Part shown: one piece after another, positions 41,234 to 57,233 of the stretch
Layout: every line of letters starts with the position of its first letter
Position numbering within the stretch: position 1 is the first letter of the stretch
NCBI RefSeq assembly: GCF_009914755.1
Contig: NC_060941.1
DNA from: the human T2T-CHM13v2.0 reference genome, Homo sapiens
Direction: 5' to 3' (one strand)
DNA length: 64,000 nucleotides
Notes under the pieces: model-generated
The model's input: only the letters and a program-made list of their open reading frames with translations
Database searches by the model: none
Told to the model about the DNA's origin: nothing
Translations under genes and position numbers: made by a program

Positions 41234-42416
41234 TATATAGATTTTTTTATTTGTGTCCATTGCCTGCCTACTTTCAGAACTCGTTTGTCTTTTATCTGCA
41301 CTTCCTCATCCCTGGCCACTCCTACTCCTTGTTTTTAAAGCTACCTGCTGGATCTGCAGATCTCAGTTAGACAGGGACTTAATGTACAGGTCTTGTAACT
41401 GTCAGGCCTTTGGACTTAGGCAGCACCCAGGGCAGATGGCAGGAGAACTTAGATCAGGGCCCCACAGCCTCTTGCTCGTCCTGTTACCTGAAGAGGAACC
41501 AGAGGACTAGCCCCTGCCCCACTCCAGGGCCAACCCTGTGGTTCAGCGGGAGCATACAGCTGTCTGCAAATTGCAACATACTCTGGACACAGTCCATCAA
41601 CACATCCTGGTCCTTACCCATTATCAGTGGAAACCTGGCAATGTTTGCATAACTTTTGTCCTACACTTAGAGACAATACGTCCTCCACTAGAAGCAGCAT
41701 CTAGGAGGAAGTAGTGGGGCAGCTCAGGACACAGCAAGACTAGATTTGAATTGCATAAGTTTAGGATTTGGACTTGAACAAAGCCACATCATTAGGTAGG
41801 ATTACATTCAGTTAGGCATAGTAGAAAAATGTAGAAATGGCTTAAACAAAAATGAGAATGTATTTTCTCTCTTATACTTAAGAAGTCCAGAGATAGTCAG
41901 CCCAGGACTGGTATGGCAACATTTGTCCCTACCATGGAAGGAAGAACAAGCTTACAGCCATGCCAGCTGAAAAAGGCCGGGGGAAACCCACCAGCTCTGT
42001 AATAGACGTGTACCTGAGGACACCAGCCTTTTAAGTCACAATCCAGCTTACTTAGGCCCTGTACCCATCTCTTTTATTTATTTTTTTTAATTTTTAACTT
42101 TTTAAAGACAGGATCTCACTCTGTCACCCAGGATGGAGTACAGTGTGTGATCATAGCTAATTGCAGCCTTCAATTCCTAGCTGTGAGTCATCCTCCTGCC
42201 TCAGCCTCCCAAAGTGCCGGGATTACAGGCATGAGCCATGGAGCCCAGCCCTTGCACTTATCACCTAACCCCTAACATGGCTGGTCAAGTTCTGCCTACT
42301 GGATCACTGAACACTGAGGATGCAGGCCATGCTGGACGGAGGGGCCTTTGAAAGCTTCGCTGACTAAGACCTGTTGTATCTTAGCTCACCTGGTTCACAG
42401 AAGTATATGGATACTG

Positions 42417-42925
42417 TGTGAGGCAGACTCTGAGAGAGCCCCAATGATCCTTGCTTCCTAATATTCATGCCCTAGAGGTAAACTCCTCCCCTTATGTGTG
42501 GGCTGGACCTAGTGACTCATTTCTGACAAATAGAATGGGGCAGAAGTGATGGGCTATCAGTTCTGATATGAGGTTACAAGGCTGTGTTTTCTCTTGCTCT
42601 CTGGCACACTTGCTCTGGGAGAAGTCAGCTGCCATGTTGTGAGGCTAACTTGGCAAGGAACGGACTTCTCCAGACAACATTGAGGAAAGACAGCAGATGG
42701 CCACCTGAGTGAGCTGGAAATGGATCTTCCTCCTATCAAGCCTGAAATGATGCAGCTTCAGCTGATGGCTTGATCACAACCTCATGAGGAATCCTGAGCC
42801 AGAGTCACCCGACTAATAACTGGCACCCAGATTCCAAACCCACAAAAACCATGAGATGATAAAAGTTTGCTTTAAGCGGCTAAGTTTTGGGATACTCTGT
42901 TATGCAGCAATACGTAACTAATACA
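42417..42925 (+). mobile_element. MLT1 (E/F/G-like) MaLR LTR
   Basis: 5' GCCCCAATGATCCTTGCTTCC... and a typical 3' end TAAGTTTTGGGA...TGTTATGCAGCAATACGTAACTAATACA. Confidence 0.75.
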
Positions 42926-43620
42926 GGTTTATATCTTCTTTAAAAAACTCTGCTAGTTTATTCTCATTCTTGACTTTTAAAATTCATTGCTCAATCAGTC
43001 CTGAAGTAATAGGTTCAGGTCATGCAGGAATGTGACTACAGAGCTGAGATAACTCATGTGAAAGTAGAGAAACATGTTTACAAGCATCATGAGCGTCTAC
43101 AAAGAAATACTATAAATCACTTCCTTTATTGAAAAAATTTGTGAGAGTGTCCTGGTAACATGCTTCCAAGGGGAAAAGCAAAATTTTGTGCTCACTGCCT
43201 GTTTCCTCTCACAACATGCTGAAAAGTCATTTAATGGTTGTGTACTGATCATATTTGCAAACTTCAACCCTGGTTCAAGGTCAAGGTGCTTGCTCTCTGT
43301 GAATGAAGCAGTGTGTGATTGGCATTCAGGAGCAAACTTTTATTCCTAACTAGGAATGTTAGGGTTACTAACACCCTTCTTTGCTAGACACATGGCCAGG
43401 GTTCCATCAGTACTGACTCCAACATACATTTTAATTGTTACAGATGAAAAATCTCTTCTACCATAGCATGAGTCTGCAGTGATAAATAGAGTGAAGCATT
43501 ATTGCGTACTTTTCTCTCATATATGTGGGACACATATCGCAAAGGCTGACTTATGCTCAGCATATCAGCTGTTTCCTTCCCATGTGAAGGGAAATATCTT
43601 CTAGGATAGTAATTGCTCCT

Positions 43621-44464
43621 TGTGATATTATGAAATATATCGTCATCCCCTTTCCTGGCATACATCTCCTACAATCCTTGGACTCTCCAAAGTGATGTGT
43701 CTTCTTGTATGCTAATGAGATAACTGGTGGCTGGCAGCCCCTTGGTAGCTTCAGGTTGGGGGCTGACCACCAGAAAGACCAAGGCAGCATTAGAGAGGGT
43801 TGGGACTTTTCAGTCCCACCTCCCAACCTGCAGGGAGGAGACGGGGTTGAAGGTTAAGTTGATTACCAATGGCCAATGATCTCATCAATCATGCCTACCT
43901 AATGAAGCTTCCATAAAAACCCCAAAGGACAGGGTTTGGAGGGCTTCTGCATAGCCGAACACGTGCAGTTTCCTAGAAGATGGTGCCCAGAGAGGGCATG
44001 GAAGCTCTGTACCCACTCCCCCAAACCTTACCCTATGCATCTTTTCATCTGGTGTTCATTAGTACCCTTGGTAATATCCTTTATATCAACCAGTAAACAT
44101 AAATATTTCCCTGAGTTCTGTGAGCCACTCTAACACTGTATTCTAACCCCAGGAGAGGATGGTGGAAATCCTAATTTATAGGCAGTTTGTCAGAAGCACA
44201 TATAAAACAATGTGAGGCTTGCAATTGGCATCTGAAATGGGGGACTGGCTTAGGGACTGAGCCCTCAATCTATGAGATCTGATGCTATCTCTCCAGGTTT
44301 GAATTGAATTAGAGGACACCCAGCTGGTGTCTGCTGCAGAATTGATTGCCTGCTTATTAGTGGGGAAGCCCTTCCCACATTTGGTCAGAGACGTCTTCTG
44401 TGTTGACTACTAAGTGAGAGTACAGGCGAAACGGAGTTTGGTTTTATCCTGTATGTTCTTAGAC
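43621..44464 (+). mobile_element. MER21-type solo LTR
   Basis: Starts TGTGATATTATGAAATATAT and contains MER21-like blocks (TTGTATGCTAATGAGATAACTGGTGGCTGG; CAATGGCCAATGAT...ATCAATCATGCCTAC). End approximate. Confidence 0.75.
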
Positions 44465-45861
44465 TCTTTCACATTGTATGTTGTTGAATTTTTGCAACAG
44501 CTTAGACTGTCACCAGATAAAGGACGTCTGTTTGCTTTCTCTTCAAGCATAAAATGTGTCATTAGCTTTGTAAATAGATTAATACTTTTTTAGCACTAGA
44601 GTGATTTATAGCTTTTGTTGCTAAAGAAATATAGATATCAATGATGTGGCTATACTTTTGGTCTTGTCTTTGCCTTTAGATATAAAATTTTCACCTTGAA
44701 AAGTATTATTTTGTTCTTATTCTAGGAAAAAAGTATCATTGCTTTTCGGAGAGGTCCCCGTATTTTGTTTGAAAATGACACTAAAAAAGGATGGGTGGCT
44801 TATGAACAAGTTCATTATAAACAATACACTGGGCTGGGCCCGGTGGCTCAGGCCTGTAATCCCAGCACTTTGAGAGGCCGTGGCGGGCAGATCATGAGGT
44901 CAGGAGATCAAGACCATCCTGGCTAACAAGGTGAAACCCCGTCTCTACTAAAAATACAAAAAAAAAAAAAAAATTAGCCGGCTGTGGTGGCGGGTGCCTG
45001 TATTCCCAGCTACTCAGGAGGCTGAGGCAGGAGAATGGCGTGAACCCAGGAGGCAGAGCTTGCAGTGAGCCGAGATTGCCCCACTGCACTCCAGCCTGGG
45101 CGACAGAGTAAGACTCCATCTCAAAAAAAAAAAAAAAAAATACTGAGCAGCCGGGCGTGGTGGCTCTGTAATCCCAGCACTCTGGGAGGCTGAGGTGGGT
45201 GGATCACGAGGTCAGGAGTTCAAGACCAGCCTGGCCAACGTGGTGAAATCCCATCTCTGCTAAAAATACAAAAATAGCCAGGCATGGTGTGGGGAGCCCG
45301 TAATCCCAGCTACTCTGGAGGCTGAGGCAGAGAATTGCTTGAACCTGGGAGGCGGAGGTTGCAATGAGCCCAGATCACACCATTGCACTCCAGCCTGGGC
45401 AACAGACCGAGACTCCATCTCAAAAAACAGAAAAGAAAAGAAAAGAAAAGAAAAAAAAGACACTAAAAAAGGATGGGTGGCTTATGAACAAGTTCATAAT
45501 AAACAATACACTGAGCGGCCGGGCGCAGTGGCTCACACCTGTAATCCCAGCACTTTTGGAGGCGAGGCAGGCAGATCACTTGAGGCCAGGAGTTCAAGAC
45601 CAGCCTGGCTAACAGAGTGAAACCCTGTCTCTACCACAAATGAAAAAATTAGCCACATGTGGTGGCACACACCTGTAATCCCAGCCACTCAGGAGGCTGA
45701 GGCAGGAGAATCCTTTCCACTTGGGAGGCAGAGGTTGCAATGAGCTGAAATTGTGCCACTGCACTTCAGCCTAAGTGACAGAATGAATGATACTTCGTCT
45801 CAAACAAACAAACAAACAAACAATACACTGAGAAGTAGAGATGAATACATTGCTAGCCCAG

Positions 45862-46392
45862 TGTATCAGTCAGGGTTCCAGAGAAACAGAACCAACAAGA
45901 TCTCTCTCTCTCCCTGTCTCTGTCTCTATCTATGAATGAAGAGACTTATTATAGGAATTGGCTGATGTGATGATGGAGGCCAAAAAGTCCCATGATCTGT
46001 CATTTGGAGATCCAAGTTGGAGAACCAAGAAAGCTGGTAGTGTAATTCAGCCTGAGTCCAAAGTCCTAAAAATCAGGGAGCTGATGGTATAAAGTCCTGG
46101 TCCAAGTCCAAAGACCTGAGAACCATGAGTGCTGATATCCACAGAGAGGTGAGATGTACTTCCCAGCTCAAACAGAGAATTTGTCCTCCCTCCACCTTTT
46201 TGTTCTATTCCGGCTCTCAATGAGTTAGATGATACCCATGGAATTAGTGAGGACAGATCTTTACTCAGTCTACTGATTCAAATGCTAATCTCTTCCAGAA
46301 ACACCTCACCGACACACCCAGAAATCATGTTTTACCAGCTATCTGGGCATTTGTTAGCCCAGTCAAGTTGACATGTAAAATTAACCATCACA
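45862..46392 (-). mobile_element. MLT2B-like ERVL LTR
   Basis: Minus strand begins TGTGATGGTTAATTTTACATGTCAACTTGACTGGGCTAAC...CCCAGATAGCTGG and ends ...CTCTGGAACCCTGACTGATACA. Confidence 0.8.
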
Positions 46393-47204
46393 CACGGTAA
46401 AATCCAATTTTTGGACACTCATCAGCCCTTTTACTACTATACTGTTATTTTTGAACTATTTATGTAAAAGAATCATATTTTCAGAGGCTTATCCTATCAC
46501 ATACAGGGTCACACTACAGTTTAAGTAGAGTCCTGTTTGTTCACTATTTGCCTTTTTTTTTTTTTTTTTTTGGAGACAGAGTCTCACTCTGTAGCCCAGG
46601 CTGGAGTGCAATGGCGTGATCTCAGCTCACTGCAACCTCCACCTCCCAGGTTCAAGTGATTCTCATGCCTCAGCCCCCTGAGTGGCTGGGATTACAGAGC
46701 CATCAAACCCGGCTAATTTGTGTATTTTTAGTAGAGGCGGGGTTTCACCATGTTGGCCAGGCTGGTCTTCCTGGCCTCAAGTGATCCACCCGCCTCCACC
46801 TCCCAAAGTGCTGGGATTACAGGCATGAGCCACTGTGCCCGGCCAACTTTTGTTTTTTTGAGACAGGGTCTCACTCCATTGCCCAGGCTACAGTGCAGTG
46901 GCTTGATCATAGCTCAGTGCAGCCTGGAACTCTTGGGCTCAAGGGATTCTCCTGCCTCAGCCTCCTGAGGAGGTAGGACAACAGGCATGCAACACCATGC
47001 CCAGCTTTTTTTTTTTTAAGAGATGGAGTCTTGCTGTGTTTCCCAGGCTGGTCTCAGACTCCTGGCCTCAAGTGATCCTCCTGCCATGGCCTCCCAAACT
47101 GTTGGCATTACAGGTGTTAGCCACTGCATCTGGTCACTATTTAACTTTATAATGCTGTTATGATTTGTGGTATTTATATTCCTATGTTCATGATTTTTAA
47201 AAAA

Positions 47205-51030
<3,826 letters not shown>

Positions 51031-51079
51031 GGCCAGGCACGGTGGCTCACACCTGTAACCCCAGCACTTTGGGAGGCTA

Positions 51080-51394
<315 letters not shown>

Positions 51395-52119
51395 TCACTA
51401 TTAAGCATTATATTAACTGTGGGTTATATGAATATTTTAATGAACTACTTTTGAGCTACTAGTCCTTTTTTTAAAAATTGGAAATATGATGCACTGTGAT
51501 AGTAATATTGAAAATGAAAATTTAATCATGGTCCAGTCAGAGGTTTTAGTTGGAAGTAACGGAAACTAACTCTAGCTTATTTAAGCATGAAGGAAGTTTA
51601 CTGATGACATATTGTAGAGGAGGAGAAAGAAACAGGTTCAGTGAAGGATTGGAACAAGAAGGTCCCAGTAGCAACTAAGACCACAGGCTAAACATTGCCA
51701 TAAACCCATCCAGGAAGACCATTACTGATGAACCACTAAATGCCACAGCTTGGAATGGGGGCCTCAAAACACTGAATACTGCCCCATTGCAGAAACTCAA
51801 GTTGCCCCTAGAAACAGATGTTTCTGCCACCACTGCCACCACTAGGCATCATAACCAATTCCTGATTCTTTGTGTCTCTTGCTCTCAATTGGAGTTGGAG
51901 GAAGAAGACTGCAGATGTATTTTCACCCTTGTCTTTCTTACCCTTTGATCTTCTCGTGATGAGGAGGTATAGAGATCCATCATTAAGAGCCCACCTTTGT
52001 AATAAGCCTAGGGCAGTTCAAGTATGCAGCAGTGTAGTTGGAAGGAGGTCTTGTGCTGAAGTTGTGTTTAAGAGTTACAACACTGCTTTTCCTTAAATTG
52101 CATATTTATTTAGGGTGGC

Positions 52120-52474
52120 TATACTAGTATGTTTTCATGCTGCTGATAAAGACATACTCGATACTGGGAAGAAAAAGAGATTTAATTGGACTTACAGTTC
52201 CACATAGCTGGGGAGGCTGCAGAATTATGATGGGAGGCAAAAGGCACTTCTTACATGGTGGCAGCAAGAGAAAATGAGAAGGAAGCAAAAGCAGAAACCC
52301 CTGATAAACCCATCAGATCTTGTGAGACTTATTCACTATTTCAAGAACATCACGGGAAAGACTGGCCCCCATGATTCAATTACCTCCCACTGGGCCCCTC
52401 CCCCAACACATGTGAATTCTGGGAGATACAATTCAAATTGAGATTTGGGTGGGGGGCACAGCCAAACCATATCA
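52120..52474 (-). mobile_element. THE1 (MaLR) solo LTR
   Basis: Typical THE1 text (CATGCTGCTGATAAAGACATAC...CAGCCAAACCATATCA). Exact 5-bp TSD GTGGC at 52115-52119 and 52475-52479. Confidence 0.9.
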
Positions 52475-52698
52475 GTGGCTTTGGACAAACTAATGGAAAT
52501 CCTATAGAGGCTGATGACTGTAGCACCTTTCCACACCAAACATAATTCAGATCCTAGCGGAACCACTTGATTTGATTATGTGAGCTTAGGAAAATTAGTT
52601 AGATTTTCTGAGCTTCAGTTTCTTTTTCTTTCTTTCTTTTTTCTTTTTCTTTTCTTTTTTTTTCTTTTTCTTTTTCTTTCTTTTTTTTTTTTAGATAG

Positions 52699-52995
<297 letters not shown>

Positions 52996-53639
52996 TGACA
53001 CACTTTCACAGGGTCATTGTGAGAGTGAAAGGGACAATGAACATAAGGCAAATAGGACAGTGTTTGGGACATAATAAGCATTAATAATTAGTGGCTAGTG
53101 TTCATATTCTCTGTCAGTCTACTTCTTGGCTACCAGGTCCTTTTCCTTGGAATCAGTCCCAGTGTCTCTTTTTCACTCTAACTTTTGAACCACCTACAGC
53201 TCCCAGTCATCTTTCATATGTCAGCTCCCAACCAGTGCCAGTGTTTTTTACCTTGAGTATCTGATCCACCCCAAAACGGCACTGCATCATATTGAACTTG
53301 GCCATGCTTTTGGCCAAAAGCTAGAAATACTGTTGGCTGAGAGGCTTAGAAATGCCTCTCCAGTCCTACCATAATCAGCCGTGGCAAGCTGACATGAGGC
53401 AGGCCAGAGCAGCCAGGTGTCACAGGCTCTAAAGTTAGGCTGCCTAGAGTCAAACCCACTCATCTCCGCCAATTATCGTTAGTGACTTTGGTGAAGTTAT
53501 GTAACCTCTGTGTCTCAGTTTCATCTTCTGTAAAATGGGGATATTAATAGTATTATTTTGTAGAGTTATGAGGATTCAATAAATTGATATACGTAAAGCA
53601 TTCAGAACAACGGTAGGCAAGTAAGCTCTCTAGTCTTTG

Positions 53640-53640
53640 C

Positions 53641-53680
<40 letters not shown>
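53640..53680. repeat. (TAT)n microsatellite at the end of a MIR
   Basis: Read directly; MIR core CTGTGTCTCAGTTTCATCTTCTGTAAAATGGGG lies just upstream. Confidence 0.9.
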
Positions 53681-53683
<3 letters not shown>

Positions 53684-54339
53684 TCTGGTACTCAAACCCA
53701 AGCACTGGAGAATGAGGGTACAAGGCAGGAAACCCATAACTGGGAATTAAGATGCTAAGATCAAACTGCACACAGCAGAAAGATTGACTGGCTCAGGTTC
53801 AACAGTGAGCTGCCAATGTTGGTCCCTCAAAGTTCAGAAGTGGGGCCAGTCTCCAAACCTGAAGTGTAGCTGTTACAAAGGGCTCACCTGTGCCCCTGAG
53901 AAGGCAGCAGGGGGATGGGGGCAACCATGTTATTGAGAAAAAGAGAGCATGGGCTTTATCAATGGATAAATGGCCAATGGATAGATAACGATGGTTTGCT
54001 GGCAAAAGAGTAAAAGGATCAGAGCGATGCTTTGTAACAGTGGTCTCCAAAGTGAGGTTTGTGCTAATTCCTGGAATTCATTAGGAGCTGGCTGCCCTGA
54101 GCCGCAGAAAAAATATTAGTATTTATATTTATTTTTCTTTAAAAGAATTAAACTTTACTGATGCCCTATATATCAACTGATGCTGGAAGCCACATTTGTC
54201 TGAACATGAGTCAAGTGTCATAAATCATAAGAGAGATCTCCCAAGAGGAATTTGTGTGCTGTAGGGTGTCATTAGGCTATTTTTATAAATAAAATAAAAA
54301 AAAAACACAAGACCTTTAAACTTTAGTAGAATCTTGGGT

Positions 54340-54378
54340 GGCAGGTTATCTCACTTGGTTAGAGCCCAGTGTTAATAA
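54340..54378 (+). pseudogene. tRNA-Ile(AAT) 5'-half fragment
   Basis: GGCAGGTTATCTCACTTGGTTAGAGCCCAGTGTTAATAA versus remembered tRNA-Ile GGCCGGTTAGCTCAGTTGGTTAGAGCGTGGTGCTAATAA: 32/39 identical, ending in the anticodon loop. Confidence 0.6.
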
Positions 54379-55088
54379 ATCACAGAGTCCTTATAATACT
54401 GTAAAGTGAGTTGAAGAGTGACCATCAAAATCAATTGTATCAAATAGGATTATGGGCCATTGAGGGGTAAAGGACTTAAAAGAATTGTCAATTTAAAAAG
54501 ATGAACTGTGAACTGCACAATTTTTCTCTTACAAAAAGACTAGTGTTCAAAAATTTCTGACCTTTTCTGTGATGACAAATGAATTTAAAAACTGGGCTAC
54601 CAGGAGAAATTACAATAATCAATCAACTAATTAATAATAAAACAATTACAATAATAAGCACATTTAATTAATATCTTTAAGAAAAAAAATGGTGTTTAAC
54701 AGTGAATGAAAAGTCACTGTTTTGGGGGGCCAAGGCAGGAGGATCGTTTGAGTCCAGGAGTTTCAGACCAGCCCCGGCAACATAGTAAGACCTCATCTCT
54801 ACAAAAAAATTAAAGATTAGCTGGGCCTGGTGGTATGTGCCTGTAGTCCCAGCTACTTAGGAAGCTGAGGCAGGAGGATCACTTGAGCCCAGGAGTTTGA
54901 GGTTACAGTTTGAGTGCAGCAGCCGAGCTATGATCACACACAGCTCCAGGTATGATTGGGCTACTGCACTCCAGCCTGGGTGACAGAGAGAGTTTGTCTC
55001 AAAAAGCAAAGAAAAAGAATAGAAAAGTAACTGCTCTTGCAAAGAAACTCTTTTTTTAATTAAGAAAGCATTTTGAAAATGGATGTCT

Positions 55089-55267
55089 GGAAGTCAAATT
55101 GTCTGTGTTTGCAGACGACATGATTGTATATTTAGAAAACCCTGTTGTCTCAGCTCAAAATCTCCTTAAGCTGATAAGCAACTTCAGCAAAAATCACAAG
55201 CATTCCTATACACCAATAAGAGACAAACAGAGAGCTAAATCATGAGTGAGCTCCCATTCACAATTGC
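55089..55267 (+). mobile_element. Internal L1PA ORF2 (reverse transcriptase) fragment
   Basis: GGAAGTCAAATTGTCTGTGTTTGCAGACGACATGATTGTATATTTAGAAAAC... encodes the RT catalytic motif [11 protein letters not shown]. No L1 3' UTR or poly(A). Confidence 0.9.
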
Positions 55268-55864
55268 GACATTGTTTTTTTATTCCTGAAAATGATGTAA
55301 CTTTATCATTACCTATGAAACATTTATACCTGCATGCTTTACAAAAAACTTGGAAAGAGTCTTTTAATCTATTAATATTCCAGACATAGATTTACAATAC
55401 TTTTCAATAGCTTGCAAAAATAACTCTTGGACATCAGTAGATTTATTGGCTGAATTTCAATTAAACTTTGTATAGCTGCTGGATAGAAATGAATATTAGG
55501 ATTTAGCAATGTGTTTGTGGTGCATTTGGCATTGTGTAAATTTGAGACTATATTTCTCAGCTATGATGGCAATTAAAACACATTTTCAAAATAAAGTTAG
55601 AAACACACTTGTGAATCATTTCATCACAAATTGTTAAGCCAATTTTTTTTAAAACAGTGGAATTTACTCAATTATAGTGAGAACAAAAATGTTTTTGTAC
55701 CTCAAATATATAATATAAAAATTTAAATTAAAAATATTCATTTCTTCTTTATCTCCTTTTAATTTCTATACTTGTGTACATTTATAATATATATATGTTA
55801 TAGGTGGACATCATTTAGAAATAATATATAATATACATTTATATTAATATATACAATATATTAA

Positions 55865-56300
55865 TATGTAATACACATGTATATATGTAATATATAATAC
55901 ACATGTATATGTGTAATATATAATACACATGTATATAATACACATGTATATGTGTAATATATAATACACATGTATATGTGTAATATATAATACACATGTA
56001 TATGTGTAATATATAATACACATGTATATGTGTAATATATAATACACATGTATATGTGTAATATATAATACACATGTATATGTGTAATATATAATACACA
56101 TGTATATGTGTAATATATATTACACATGTATATGTGTAATATATAATACACATGTATATGTGTAATATATAATACACATGTATATGTGTAATATATAATA
56201 CACATGTATATGTGTAATATATAATACACATGTATATGTGTAATATATAATACACATGTATATGTGTAATATATAATACACATGTATATGTGTAATATAT
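55865..56300. repeat. 26-bp AT-rich minisatellite (TAATATATAATACACATGTATATGTG)~16
   Basis: Unit read directly from the sequence. The ORF track shows a 26-aa period, equal to 3 units. Confidence 0.95.
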
Positions 56301-57119
56301 ACATAGTCATAGGTGGACATCGTTTAGAAATAAATAAATTGGGCTGGGCGCGGTGGCTCATGCCTGTGATCCCAGCACTTTGGGAGGCCAAGGTAGGCAG
56401 ATCGCTTGTGCCTAAGAGTTTGAGACCAGCCTGGGAAACATGTCGAGACCCCATCTCTAAAAAAAATACAAAAATTAGCTGAGTGTGGTGGCACATGCCT
56501 GTAGTCTCAGCTACATAGGAGGCTAAGGCCGGAGGATAACCTGAGCATGGGGAGGTCAAGGCTGCAGTGAGCCATGATCGTGGTACTACACTCCAGCCTG
56601 GGTGACAGAGTAAGACTCGATCTCAAAAATACAATACAATACAATACAATACAATAAATTAAAATGAATATACTAGAGATTCATGCTCAAGCATTTGTAT
56701 TGATACGGAGTGTTTTCAAAAGGGTTTGGAACCACTGCTGTAGGAAGACAGGTCTGAGCCTATGTATGAGATAAAAGAACAGAAACGACAAAAAGATGAG
56801 AGGACAGAAGGCTAGTCAGTTACTTCTGCAATACAATATTCCAGGCCGGTGTTAATAAGAGGCTGAATTAAGGTGGTGACATTTTCAATGGAAAGGAACA
56901 GACTTAATGGAATGAGATAATGAGAAGACGGAAGTAATAAATGTTGACAACCAATGACACATAGAAAGCAGGGGAGAAGGAAGTGTCAGTAACTGAATTG
57001 AGAGAAAGACAAAGTTATTGAGGAATAAAACAATGAATTTTGTTTTAAATATGTTGAACTTTAGTGCCTTGGGAACATTAAGTGAAAGGACCTATGGACC
57101 AGTTGAAAAAAAGAAACTG

Positions 57120-57233
57120 GTGCTGGCTTCAGCAGCACATACACTAAAATTGGAATGATGCAGAAATTATCATGGCCCCTGTACAAGGATGACATGCAAA
57201 TTCGTGAAGGCTTCTGTGTTTCTTTTTTTTTTT
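57120..57233 (+). pseudogene. U6 snRNA retropseudogene
   Basis: GTGCTGGCTTCAGCAGCACATACACTAAAATTGGAATGATGCAGAAATTATCATGGCCCCTGTACAAGGATGACATGCAAATTCGTGAAG matches full-length U6. The ACAGAGA box is destroyed. Followed by a T run and flanked by A-rich ...AAACTG repeats. Confidence 0.93.

Larger units (their letters stand above)
54038..56737. mobile_element. Decayed hAT-Charlie (Charlie2-like) DNA transposon hosting later insertions
   Basis: Terminal inverted repeats CAGTGGTCTCCAAA (54038) and TTTGGAACCACTG (56737). Internal Charlie-like text AAAGTAACTGCT...CATTTTGAAAATGGATGT. Interrupted by a tRNA half, Alus, an L1 piece and a minisatellite. Confidence 0.55.

Noticed and set aside
55839-56559. 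Longest ORF (232 aa) with YYILHIYMCII repeats; superficially CRISPR-like regular array
   Set aside because: A head-to-tail 26-bp minisatellite with no unique spacers and no cas genes, in a eukaryotic context.
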